The notes under the pieces are model-generated. The model made no database searches. It worked only from the letters and a program-made list of their open reading frames with translations, and was not told the DNA's origin. A DNA stretch of 64,000 nt from Octopus sinensis. Taxonomy: Eukaryota. Both the position numbers and the translations under genes were made by a program. Location of the stretch: assembly GCF_006345805.1 (NCBI RefSeq), contig NC_042999.1:89156001-89220000 (forward strand). Reading direction: 5' to 3'. This document shows, piece after piece, positions 50,286 to 62,320 of the stretch. How positions within the stretch are numbered: position 1 is the stretch's first letter; every line of letters begins with the position of its first letter.

Positions 50286-51549
50286 GAGGGTTTGGACAAA
50301 ATAATAGAAACACTTGGCATCATAGTATCATAATTTTGAAGTAGCTATATAACGCTCAAAAGCTTGTTTATTTTTATGTGTTTTTATTTATTATAAGTGT
50401 TGCTTAATATGTTTAACTAAAATTGCAGTTTCTTTTCAAATATCATCAGAAAAAGGTAATTAAAATTCATTAAAATGACAGATCTATCGGACTTTTAAAG
50501 AGGTCAAATTCTTGGTGCTCGTATGGCAGGCGCTAGCGTAACGAAAACAGCCAAAATGTTTGATGTATAAAGAATTATTGTCTCGAAAGTAATGACAGAC
50601 TTTGAGAAAAGGGGAAAAACCTCCTCGTCGAAACAAAACTCTGGAATAAAACCAAAACTTTCTGATAGGGACCGTCGAACTCTTACACGAATTGTTAGAA
50701 AGAATCACAAAAGTACTACTCCCATTATTACTGCAGAGTTTAATGACCACCTCGAGAACCCAGTTTCCCAAAAAAAACTGTTTGCGGGAGCTGCACAAAG
50801 CCGGATTTCACGAGAGGGCTGCAATTAGAAAACCACTACTTTCAAAAACAAACGTTGCAAAGCGTTTAGAATGAAATAAAAACCTACAAAGTAGTGGAAG
50901 AATGTTATTTTCTCGGACGAGTCATCCTTTACCTTATTTCAGACCACTGGCTGAGTATACACGTGGAGACAGCCAAAAGAGGCATTTGATCCGGACTGCC
51001 TTCTTCCAACTGTTAAACATGGAGGAGGAACTATGATGATCTGGGGGGGGGCTACGTCTTGGAAATCCGCTGGCCCAATGGTTTCCCTTCATGGCAGAAT
51101 TAATAGTCAATACTATTCAAGCATTTTATCTTATTAAATTCATCCTATGGTTGCATAACTGTTTCCAGGGGGAAACGTAATCTTTCAGGATGATAGTGCA
51201 CCAATTCACACAGCTAAAGTTGTTACTGAATGGTACGAGGAACATTCTAGTGAAGTTGAACATCTTATCTGGTCACCACAGTCCCCAGATCTCAATATTA
51301 TTGAACCTTTATGGTGCATTTCAGAAAAGCAAATAAAGAGTCAATATCCACTACCATCATCACTACAAGAACCGGAGACTATTTTAGCTGAAGAATGGAC
51401 AAAAATTACTTTGGAAACAATTCAAACTTTGTACCAGTCCATACCTCACAGAATTCAAGCTGCAATTACTGCCAAAGGCGGTCCTACCTCATATTAAAAT
51501 AAATTTGTTTGATATTTTAACATGTTTCCATTATTTTGTCCAACCCCTG
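50286..51549 (+). mobile_element. Full-length decayed Tc1-family transposon with DD36E triad (Incomer-like)
   Basis: TA-flanked ~28-bp TIRs; ATG 50475 MTDLSDF*RGQILGARMAGASVTKTA; VIFSDESSF; FQDDSAPIH...WSPQSPDLNIIE with 36 residues between D and E; ends KGGPTSY* at 51497. Confidence 0.85.
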
Positions 51550-52301
51550 TATATATATATATTCTATCTATCAATCTATCTACTTCTCTATCGAGCTATC
51601 TATCTATCTGTCTGTCTATCACTTAATGCCATCGATGGAACGTATACAAACACCCCCATTCCTGTTGGCGTCTTAAACCACGGACACACTGCGCAGTTGC
51701 CAGGAGTCTCATAGGTCTAGGAACCCAATTTATATCCAAGTTTGAGCCCTATTTTATTGACTAGCTATCAATACTATAGGGCTCAGTGCACTGATTTGTT
51801 CGGAGGCTTTTAATGTTGCGAAGACGGCCCTGCTCATTATACAACAAAACTCATGTAGTATACAAATAGAGGTAATACGCCTCTTAACACAATATTCGAT
51901 GCGCTTCAAAAACACGGAGATGCACTTCGTAATGAAGCAGAAACTCGCATGAAAGTGTCAAATACAATTATAACTTAACTTAGGAACAAGGCTAGAAATT
52001 TTGGGGTTGAGTGAGCTAGTCGATTAAAATAAACTGCAGTGATTGACTGTTACTTTATTTTATCGGTCTGGGAAAGACTGAAAGCAAGGTTATCCGAAAT
52101 AGGATTTGAACACCGAGTCGAAACAAATAGCGCAAAGCATTATCCAACAATCTTATCATGCTGGTAATCATCCACTTTGAAAATGATTTTTAAAAAAGGC
52201 TAAGCCGTAACTTACAAGTGATTGTCACCCGGTAGCTTTTACCAGCTTTCAGCTGTAAATTGTTCATGAGCACTTAAAACAACCAAATAATAGTAATAAT
52301 A

Positions 52302-52513
52302 CTTTCTACTAAAGGCACAAGGCCTGAAATTTGGTTGGAGGGGACAAGTCGATTACATCGACTCCAGTGCGTAAGTAGTACTTATTTCATCGAAACGGAA
52401 AAGATGAAAGGCAAAGTCGAACTCAGAGGAATTTTAACTCAGAACGTAAGGACGGATGAAATGCCGCTAAAGCATTTACCCGGCGTTCTAACGGTTCTGC
52501 CGGCTCGCCGCTT
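52302..52513 (-). mobile_element. SINE A monomer (head-body-tail)
   Basis: aagcggcgagccggcagaaccg...caaatttcaggccttgtgcctttagtagaaag then (TAT)n. Confidence 0.85.
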
Positions 52514-52582
52514 TAATAACAACAACAACAACAACAACAACAACAGCAGCAGCAGCAGCAACAACAACAACAACAACAACAA

Positions 52583-52680
52583 CTAGCTGAACCCGTGAAA
52601 ATTTCACAGAAAATATTAAAAAATGTAAGCATCTGAAAATTGTGTGCTGTTGCCATGAGAAATGTTTCTATACTGTGACA
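52583..52680 (-). mobile_element. Helitron 3' terminus
   Basis: Minus strand ctgtgaaa-t-tttcacgg hairpin, then gttcag-CTAG|T. Confidence 0.6.
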
Positions 52681-52684
52681 GTTA

Positions 52685-53086
52685 AAGGCGACGAGCTGGC
52701 AGAAACGTTAGCACGCCGAGCGAAATGCGTAGCCATATTTCGTTTGCAGTTATGTTCTAAGTTCAAATTCCGCCGAGGTCGACTTTGCCTTTCATCCTTT
52801 CGGGGTCGATAAATTACGTACCAGTTACGCACTGGGGTCGATATAATCGACTTAATCCGTTTGTCTGTCCTTGTTTGTCCCCTCTGTGTTTAGCCCCTTG
52901 TGGGTAGTAAAGAAATAGGTATTTCGTCTGTCTTTACGTTTTGAGTTCAAATTCTACCGAGGTTGATTTTGCTTTTCATCCTTTCGGGGTCGATAAATTA
53001 AGTACCAGTTGCGTACTGAGGTCGACCTAATCAACTAGCCCTTTCCCACCAAACATTTTAGGACTTGTGCCTATGATAAAAAAAAA
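52685..53086 (+). mobile_element. SINE A head-body-M-body-tail composite
   Basis: M module 52859-52917 between two bodies; A-rich end. Confidence 0.9.
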
Positions 53087-53091
53087 GTATA

Positions 53092-53661
53092 TTGCGACAG
53101 GGCCACGACCAGGGGTTGGGGTAACATTGGCTCCAAATGAGGCGAATGAATACATTGAGTTATAGTTTCTGATGTTCTGTCTAAAGCTCATTCCTTCAAT
53201 GTAGGTGTCCTCCAAAAGTTGTTTTAATGGAAACTTTACCATTATGCCAACAATTAAATGCTTCCTGCGGAAATCTACGTGCATAACAGTGCGGGCATAC
53301 TACGTTCATCTCACCAATCGTAAATTGAGAATTTTGTTGTTCTTTTATTATATTCCGTCTTCTTATTTGAGCTCTGTCTGTCATAAGATAATTCTGTTTC
53401 ATCCTCTTCCATATTTTTCTTTCTTTCTTGAACTTTGTTTCTCACGTCTTAAAGGTAATTCTGCCTTTCATCTTCGTCCATAGGTTCCTTTCTTTCTTGA
53501 ACTTTGTTTCTCATATTTTCTAAGTACAGCTGCCTTTGCTCTTGACTCGTGTTCTCGATACTGTTGATCTCTATCTCTCTTATTTTGAAAATACACTTTT
53601 CTTTGGTCCTGGCGCATTTGTTCTATCCTTTACTGGTTTCTTTCCTTTTTATGCCAAATAT
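53092..53661 (-). mobile_element. Helitron Rep/Hel N-terminal fragment
   Basis: IGEMNVVCPHCYARRFPQEAFNCWHNGKV and FRQNIRNYNSMYSFASFGANVTPTPGRGP match the Helitron C..C...CC.GKV / IR.YN..F.FTS.G...GP motifs. Confidence 0.8.
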
Positions 53662-55485
53662 TCACAAGTCAGTAATGCATGGACACTGGACGAGTGCATT
53701 CAGGACGGTTTTATCGCCCTGCGCACACCTCGGACAAGTCCGTCCGACAGCACTTCTGTGTCTGTAGAGCTTGTCTCGAACCGGCAGGGTTCCTCGGTAG
53801 CACTGCCAGGCCATGGATTTCTGGTAGTTATCCATAGGTTGGCCGAAAGTCCTCCGGAAAAGACCAGTTAGTTGATCCTTCCCGACACCCAGACTTTTCC
53901 CCGTGTACGTCGTAGCTCTTTCACTCCACTAGTCTCCTCTAGAACTCCATAGTGGAACTTCCACTGACCGCATTACCCGACTGTAGCGCTTCCCGACATC
54001 CCGCTCAGGCGGTATTAGATGACGAAAGCGACGTACGCATTCGCCACCTCCGCTCGATCCTTCAGGGACTGCTTCTTCTCTGCCCCTATATGGGTGAGAT
54101 TGCCTAACCTGCTCGTCACCTCCCCACAATTCTTATCCACCCGGAGGTCTGGACCAAACTAGATCCCGAGCAATTTAACCGGTCCTTCCGTCCAGCGCCC
54201 TACAATTCTGTCGGATGGCATGGATCTACCGCTCCAGGTGCCGAGCTGCAGGCCCACCGACTTCTCCTGGTTGATCTTTGTTCCCGTCATCGCTTCGTAC
54301 TCCCTTAGAGATGTCCAACGCTATTACTCAGACATCGTCCGCGTAAACCGACACGAAACTACCGCATCCTAGATCATGCGGGATGCCCCTCGAAACATCC
54401 AACTTCCGCAGCAAGGGCTCGTGAGCCAGTACGTACAAAAGAGGCAAGGGAGGGCATCCTTGACAGGCCAAACGAGCGATGCTAAGTGATTACGATAGGT
54501 GGCCATTTACTTTGACGACCGAACAGATGTCGCTGTACATTGCGACAATCCAGCCTCTGAAAACGGGACCGAAACCCGCTGCTGGTGGTCGACGTTATGA
54601 AAAGCTTTCGATTGGTCCAAATTGATTAGAGCCCCATCCATGCCAAGCTCCTTGACCACTTTCTCTATGATGCAACGCGTGGGGTGGAGGTTGTCGTGGA
54701 TAGTTATGTTTGGGATAGCGCATGTATGTGCATCACCAACCAACTTATTGACAAGTGCCAATCTCTTGGTTAACCCTATGGCCAAAATCTTATAATCTGC
54801 ATTCAGCAGATTTATAGGGTTAAACTTATCAATTTTGTCCCCCTTGTTCGGGTCCTTCCTGAACAGCACCACCACTCCACGACTGACAGTACTGAAAATT
54901 CTCCCGTTCTGCTGACAGGTGTGGTAGACGCCTGCCAAGAGACCATCGAACAAGTCTGGCATATGAAAATAAAGCTCGAAGAGCAGACCATCCTGCCGAA
55001 GAGACTTCTTTTTTGCGCAGCTCGTCATCGCGTCCCGTATATCTTCGTCTGTTATCGGCATTTCGCAGAACTCCGCATCCCTGGCTGAGAGGTTCGGCAC
55101 ACCACTGAGATAGGAGGTGAAATTCACCACCGTTCTAGAATCACCACACGCTCCATACAGTTCGGCGAAGTGATGCTGAAATTCTGCACACGTCTGCTTG
55201 TACTCGGTTATCATGTGCCCATCACAGCTCGCCAAAGACCGAATTGTTGCTTTGTTTCCACATAGCGTCTCTGCCACCCGGGTCCATCAAATGGCTTTCG
55301 TCCCCTACCGTCTCAGCGCATGCGCCTTAGCTCTGACAACGGAAGATTTGTGTTTGGCATTGAACAATTGATCAAAAGCCTTTCAATAAAAATGTAAAGA
55401 CGGGGCATTAGAAGGCCGAAAAGATTTCAAACGCTTCTTCAACTTACGGAGCACCAAAATTTCATGACTTCGCAGTATGGCAGCA
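53662..55485 (-). mobile_element. Decayed Tx1-clade LINE ORF2, 3' end missing
   Basis: ORF 54507-55277 KFNPINLLNADYKIL...DQSKAFHNVDH; LLYVLAHEPL; VYADDV; MAWQCYRG..CPRCAQGD..ALVQCP. Confidence 0.85.
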
Positions 55486-55535
55486 GTAATAATAATAATA
55501 ATAATAATAATATAATAATAATAATAATAATAATA

Positions 55536-55565
<30 letters not shown>

Positions 55566-55567
<2 letters not shown>

Positions 55568-55933
55568 CTTGGAAATTTGTCTCAAACGACACAAAAACTT
55601 GTCAATAGCCTGGATAGACTATAAAAAGGCTTTTGATTGCCTATCACATAGCTGGATTACGAAATGTCTGGAAATGTATAAAATACCACCTACTCTGCGA
55701 AACGTCTTGTCTGTAAGTAGGAGATCATGGAGAACCACACTGACTTTGAACAGGGGCAATGAATCTCCCCATGCTGGAGATGTAAGAATTTCATGTGGCA
55801 TTTTCCATGGTGACTCAATATCACTATTCCTCTTTTGTCTAGCCTTAATACCTCTCTCGAAATTGCACAATGACGTACAGTACGGTTATAAAATGTGTGA
55901 TAAAATATAAATCATCTCATTTACATGGATGAT
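55566..55933 (+). mobile_element. R4/Dong RT-domain fragment following (TAA)n(TGA)n
   Basis: WIDYKKAFDCLSHSWI...GIFHGDSISLFLFCLAL...INHLIYMDD. Confidence 0.85.
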
Positions 55934-57339
55934 TTTGTCCGGAAGATATTTTCAAGCTTAAATTTTAACTTTCAGAGTCCTTTCAAAATTGTTTTTATCC
56001 CCTATACTTGTAACCACTTGAATGCCAACCGATTCTACAGAAGCATGGCAAATTTACATTCTATTTTATTCAATATGAAAAAAAAATATTATCTAATTTT
56101 AAAGTAAAAGAAAATGCCGTTTTTTTTTCCTTCTGTGTTAGTGATTAAACCACCGGGATTCATATAACACAAGAAGGGTTAGTGAAAATATATAAATAAA
56201 TCAAACTCGAAATATCGAATTTAGCACTCAATGAAATAACGAATTAACTGACAGTCGAAAAGTACAAGAGGACCGACTTCTGTCATCTAGGTATAATGCC
56301 AATTGTATCGAAGAATAGTCGATTGAATCGAACCTTAACAAATGCTCTTCTTTCATCGACTGTTAATTGATAAAAGTTTAAAAAAAGAATGTACATTAGA
56401 AGTTACCTAAAAAAAAATTAACACCTAGGATTTTCATCAGCTAATATGAAATGATACAAACTCATATTTTTCTCAAGTTGAAATGAAATATCTCTTGTTA
56501 GTTTTAAATGTTGTTATTGTCATTCTTATTACGGTTATAGCTGCTGCTACTGCTGCTGTTGTTGTTGCTGCTGCTACTACTACTACTGATGCTGCTACTG
56601 GTATTCAGAAAAATAAAACTTAACCAGTCAATAAAAGAGCTGCTGCAGTTGGTAGCAAATAAAATGATTAAGGTGCATCTAAACTTGTTTGTTTCAATGT
56701 TTCCTATATTCATCACTAGCTATTAATTTCAAGGGAAACCGCTAGCCTCTACGGCGACAGACAAGCTTGAATTCAGCTTTTCAGTATTACGAAGACTGAT
56801 GTACAATTAATTGCCTTAAAGAGCTAAATTCCTTTACACTTCAGTTGGCTCTCCAACGAACTCCCGACGGAGAAGTATAGCTTTTTACAAGTTCCTTGCC
56901 AAATACCTCTGAAGAGCGCTCAACAAGAGTCTAAGAGGAGCCAGGTCTCCTCCTGCTGGAGCCTAAAGATTGTTACAAAATGAGATTTGTCTGCCAACAT
57001 CGTGAAAACCTAAGATATTTCAAGCTAGAGTTATATGCGTTGTTTATATATGTGATTGTAACTGTGAGTATGCGAATAAAATAATATATATGTACGTAAA
57101 TATCAGTGTCCGCGCGTGCCTTCAGAATTACTTGATTATTTTATGAGAATATATTTTCTAAACATTTTTGTTCTGCATTTTTACATTTTTTAGGACAAGT
57201 AGTTCTCAACAGCGACGGACAACGTGTTTTTACATAATTTTTTTTCTTCTTTGCTTGTTTCTTAACAAGCTAAGTATAAAATATTAACAAATTTTCTGTA
57301 TATATGTACATACACATACACACACGCCAGCACACACAC

Positions 57340-57370
<31 letters not shown>

Positions 57371-57548
57371 TGTACAAACATACATATATATGTATATGTA
57401 TGTATATATGAATGTATATACACACACGCACACACACATTTACACGGCGGTTTGTATTACTATCCAGTTATACGATGTTTTCGTTTATATTTTATTTTTA
57501 AAACTTGCGGTTAATCAGTGCTTTCTGATAACGCTGTATATATATATA

Positions 57549-57919
57549 CTAGCAGTATCGCCCGGCGTGCTCAGGTTTGTAAGGGAAATAACTATAAAGC
57601 ATTTTTAGAGAGTTATAGCCAAAAATAGCAAAAGAATGAAAAAAATGATGGTAAATTTTTGTTTGAGTTAAAAAGGTGGAGTTGCGTCCCCTAGACAGTT
57701 TGTGTTTTGTGTTTCTGATTCTCGACCCCATGTCGAATTTATCGATTTTTTTCAGAACTGGGGGAACTTTCAAAATTTTCTCTGCGTTAGTTTTGAATTA
57801 TGACATTGGGCTATGTGTGTGTCAAGTTTCATCATAATCGGTTGAAAGCCGTGGTCAGGGTGAGGATACAAGCAAACAGACACACAGAAACACGCACAGA
57901 CAAACTGCCGTTTATATAG

Positions 57920-57924
<5 letters not shown>
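57549..57924 (-). mobile_element. Non-autonomous Helitron (~376 bp) in (TA)n
   Basis: Minus strand A|TCTCTCTATATAAAC start; end cctgagcacgccgggcgatactg-CTAG|T with GC-rich hairpin. Confidence 0.75.
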
Positions 57925-57971
<47 letters not shown>

Positions 57972-58044
57972 ACACACATACATAAACATATATTCACACA
58001 TACATACATACGCACACACACGCACTCATATACACGCACACATA

Positions 58045-58160
58045 TTTTATCGTTTACTTATTTTAGTCATGCGACCATGCTGGGGCACCACTTTAAAATG
58101 CTTTTGTCGAACAAACCCACCCAAGTACATATTTCTTTTAAGACTTGTACTTATTCTATC
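58045..58160 (-). mobile_element. SINE B fragment
   Basis: tttagtcatgcgaccatgctggggcaccac...tacttattctatc. Confidence 0.7.
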
Positions 58161-58591
58161 TTTATGTATGTGCGCTTGCATATATATACGCGTGCATGCA
58201 TTCTACTCATACGTTTTACACCTGTTCTTACATCCTGATACACACACTCTTGCATACAATTATATTTACGGAGATATGTAAACCTCTGTGTGGGCGGGAT
58301 CGCGTGCGCTGATACATTCATATCTGTGCGTGTATACGTATACGTATACGTATGTAAATTTATACTTAAATATACTGACATACACACTGCCCTCCCACCT
58401 AAGTGGTTTACCTAACTTAATGTACTCTTTGTGCATGCGTACGTGTATACGTATGTATGAGTATATGTATGTATTTCTCATACGCTGTCATTTTTGTAGA
58501 GAGATTGTTGGTTTAAGTTGCTGGATAATGTATGAGTTACTTTTATTTCATTACTTCAGAGAGTCAATGTATATAAGTGGCGATGTGAAGC

Positions 58592-58715
58592 GTGGCTGTT
58601 TGGTAAGATGCTTGCTTCCCAGCTACATGGTTCCGGGTTCAGTCCTACTGTATGGTTCCTTGGGCAAGTGTCTTGTGAGTCGATTTGGTAGATGGACACC
58701 GAAAGATACCCGCTG
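58592..58715 (+). mobile_element. SINE family C (internally deleted)
   Basis: gtggctgtttggtaagatgcttgcttcccagc...ccttgggcaagtgtc. Confidence 0.8.
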
Positions 58716-58740
58716 TATATATATATATATATATATATAT

Positions 58741-60037
58741 GTTAATAAAATAGAACATATGCATATATATAAACATATATGTACGTACCTACCTCTACAT
58801 GTACATATACACGCATATATGTGTACAGGACACCAAAAAGACGTCGAAAACATAGAGAGACGAAAAACATAGACACAAACCAAGGAACAAGACAAGCAAA
58901 AAAAAGGAGATACAGGACAATAAGCACAACGAAAAATCCCCTTCTTCAGTCGCTAAGGTTTCATCTACTAAACGTTTCGAAGGATAAAAGCGAGACGTAT
59001 ACTTCGAAGAAAACTTCCTTCCTGCGAAAAGCAAATCAATTAAAATTCTGAGATCTTTTCGCAGAGGGGTAAAAAAAGCAAGACGGTAACGACAGTACAA
59101 ACATATAAACAGTAAAAAATATATATATAAACAGTGGAAAAATAAATATATAACAGTGAGAGACAGGACAAGGAGAACAAGATAAGAAGGGCTGTTAACG
59201 CCAGACGAAAAAAGTATTGCAAACGCTGGATTAAAGTGGACGACGAGAGAGAAAAAATGTCGACCAGTGGCCTTAGAAGGCGGGCGAGAAAAGACAAGAT
59301 AGCAGTTACGACGGAAGTATCGTCGCAGATGGACGACGGGAATGGGGGAGGAGGAGCAAGAGGAAGAGAGAGAAGAAGGGGAATGGTGCGAGGAGACCAT
59401 GAAGAATGGTGAAAGGGAGAGAGAGAATGAAGAATGAGAGAGAGAGGAAGAGACAAGTTAAGTGAGGAAAAAAGACGAAAAAGGGAATGGGAGAGAAAGA
59501 AAGAAAGATGCAGAGTCGCGTGAGAGTTAATATCAAGGCTAACTTGATAAACAGAACAATCTTACTTAATAGGGTGCGTGCGTTTAGTCGTATAATATGT
59601 TAATAAAATAGAACATATGCATATATAAACATATATGTACGTACCTACCTCTACATGTACATATACACGCATATATGTGTACAGGACACCAAAAAGACGT
59701 CGAACACATAGAGAGACGAAAAACATAGACACAAACCAAGGAACAAGACAAGCAAAAAAAAGGAGATACAGGACAATAAGCACAACGAAAAATCCCCTTC
59801 TTCAGTCGCTAAGGTTTCATCTACTAAACGTTTCGAAGGATAAAAGCGAGACGTATACTTCGAAGAAAACTTCCTTCCTGCGAAAAGCAAATCAATTAAA
59901 ATTCTGAGATCTTTTCGCAGAGGGGTAAAAAAAGCAAGACGGTAACGACAGTACAAACATATAAACAGTAAAAAATATATATATAAACAGTGGAAAAATA
60001 AATATATAACAGTGAGAGACAGGACAAGGAGAACAAG

Positions 60038-60041
<4 letters not shown>
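58741..60041 (-). mobile_element. LTR-like element in (TA)n: 445/443-bp direct repeats around a 413-bp interior; non-autonomous PLE- or retrozyme-like
   Basis: 58741-59185 and 59599-60041 differ by one substitution and a 2-bp indel; (TA)n on both sides; no TG..CA ends, no ORF. Confidence 0.7.
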
Positions 60042-60074
<33 letters not shown>

Positions 60075-60109
60075 GGGTGTATTTATGAAACAGTCATACA
60101 ATATAGTAG

Positions 60110-60300
60110 TTTCAAATTTTTGCACAAGGCCAGCAATTTCGAGCAGAGGATGAGTCGATTGAATGGACTCCAATGTTCAAATGATACTTCTTTTATCAAC
60201 CCCAAGATGATTAAAGGCGAAGTCGACCTCGGCAGAATTTGAACTCAGAACCCTAATAAATTTGTCCGGCGTGCTGACGATTCTGCTAGTTCGCCGCCTT
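60110..60300 (-). mobile_element. SINE A monomer
   Basis: aaggcggcgaactagcagaatcgtcagcacgccgg...ggccttgtgc. Confidence 0.85.
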
Positions 60301-60914
60301 AATAGTGCACTATATTAATATGCTGTATAGTGAAACTGTACACCACACCGCGTTAAAAAATTGTTGTAGCCAGCCATTATAAATAGACCTGTAGCCAGTC
60401 GACGAAAGAAGGTCAGAAGGTTGAGAGTATGTGTAGACAGTGTTGATAGTCGTGTCTGTGCTGATATAATAATTATACAGAGTTATATGTTATAACGATC
60501 CAACCTTTTGAGGACAATAACACTGTACGACTGATATCTTCGGAATATAACAACATCTGTCAGAGCGACAACCATCGTCAAAAGACTGATACAAAAGTGG
60601 TAAAGACCGCTTTACAACATAATATAATTTTCATAGTACAAACAGTATCCACTAAAAGCTTAATATGCTGGGTACAGTGGATACATGCACGCATATATAC
60701 ACAAATGATGGCTGCAGACTCGTGTTCGAGCATTACTATTGCCTGATCAAAAGTTCTACACATGCGAAGGCTACAACCATCCATTTTTGAGATAGGTCTT
60801 CCTTTTTTTGAAGCAATGCCTGTGCATGACGATTTTTTATAGTGGGGGAAAGGATTTGCATAAATCCAATCCCACTTTTTGGACATGGACGACATAAACT
60901 CGAAAAGAAGAATT

Positions 60915-61330
60915 AGTCTATATCATCGAATATTGCCAGTGTCGTAGGTTTTCTCTCAGAGTTTCCTTCTCCCAAAGAGATTCTGTGACAACAACCGAAG
61001 GACCTCCCACTCTCAGTGGACAAACTGCGCGCCTGGAAACCAAACCAAGGTATTTCCACGTCCCCGTGAATACATACATGCATACATACACTTGTACATA
61101 CATGCATACATACATTGTTGGATGGCCGTTGATTTCTCATGAGCTCTCCCGCTCTTTGAGGTGTCTTATTTTTCGTCTTGCAGGGTGCCCAACAATCACC
61201 CTCTTCACCAAGTAAGCTTGGTGGGGTTACCACTTTAGTCGCCAATGAACCGACCATGCAACAGGTTGTACTGGGTTACATGTTACCAGTAGCGCAGAAG
61301 AGCGACATTGCAAGACCTGACGAGCAACCA
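60915..61330 (-). mobile_element. RTE-type LINE 5' UTR-like fragment
   Basis: ggagaaggaaactctga and gaagagggtgattgttgggcacc resemble RTE 5' regions (from memory only). Confidence 0.35.
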
Positions 61331-61377
61331 TACATACATAGAGACAGACAGACTGAGCGACTGACTGACAGACAGAC

Positions 61378-61600
61378 ATTTTTTACTTTTTATCTTTCAT
61401 TTGATTCAGTCACTAGACTTCGGCCATGCTGGGGCACCGCCTTGAAGAATTTTTAGCCCAACTAATCGACATCAGTACATCTTTTAAGTGTCTGGTGTTT
61501 GCTCTAGGGGACTCTTTCATTGAACAACTAGGTTAGGGGGACGTAAACAAACCAATACCGGCTATCAAGCGATGGTGAAGCACAAACGCAGGCACAAAGA
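61378..61600 (-). mobile_element. SINE family B
   Basis: cggccatgctggggcaccgccttgaag...ggggacgtaaacaaacc. Confidence 0.8.
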
Positions 61601-61927
61601 CACACACATACATGCATACCTACCTACCTACCTACCTACCTACCTACAACATACATACATACATACATACATACATACATACATACATACATACATACAT
61701 ACATACATACATACATTCTTTCGTTCAGGCGATGGCAACGCTCCAACACGAGTTTGCAGCCATCATTTGTGTATGTATGCGTGCATGTATCTACTGTACC
61801 CAACATATTGGGTTTTTAGTCGATAATGTTTGTGCTATGAAAATTATATTATGCTGTAAAGCGGTCTCTTACCACTTTTGTATCTGTCTTTTGACGATGG
61901 TTGTCGCGTTGATGATAGCCAAATTTA

Positions 61928-62121
61928 AAAACGGCGAGCTGGCAGAAACGTTAGCACGGCGGGCGAAATGCTTAGCGGTATTTCGTCTGCCGCCAAGTTC
62001 TGAGTTCAAATTCCGCCGAGGTCGACTTTGCCTTTCATCCATTCGGGATCTATTAAATAAGTACCAGTTACGCACTGGGGGTCGATATAATCGACTAAAT
62101 CCGTTTGTCTGTCCTTGTTTG
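61928..62121 (+). mobile_element. SINE A head-body with truncated M module
   Basis: ggcgagctggcagaaacgttagcacgg...atccgtttgtctgtccttgtttg. Confidence 0.9.
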
Positions 62122-62166
62122 GTGAGGGGGTTACAAACACAGACAAAAGACATACACATATATACA

Positions 62167-62320
62167 TACGACGGGCTTCTTTCAGTTTCCGTCTACCAAA
62201 TCCACTCACAAGGCTTTGGTGGTTCCGAAGCTATAGTAGAAGACACTTGCCCAAGTTGCCATACAGCGGGACTGAATCCGGAACCATGTAGTTGCGAAGG
62301 AAACTTCTTACCACACAGCC
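62167..62320 (-). mobile_element. SINE family C
   Basis: tacgacgggcttctttcagtttccgtctaccaaatccactcacaaggc... Confidence 0.9.

Larger units (their letters stand above)
60565..61907. repeat. Inverted repeat (182/183-bp arms, 978-bp spacer)
   Basis: 60565-60746 vs 61725-61907, roughly 88% by eye; no TSD found. Confidence 0.85.

Noticed and set aside
56900-57015. CTGAAGA-gcg...cgt-GAAA
   Set aside because: No helix III/UH or helix I downstream
57556-57572. 13-nt identity (gcacgccgggcga) between the Helitron 3' hairpin and the SINE A head
   Set aside because: Short and GC-rich; fits the generic Helitron hairpin, so probably coincidence
58288-59956. 194-201 aa ORFs around the direct-repeat element
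   Set aside because: No domain motifs; low-complexity purine-rich sequence
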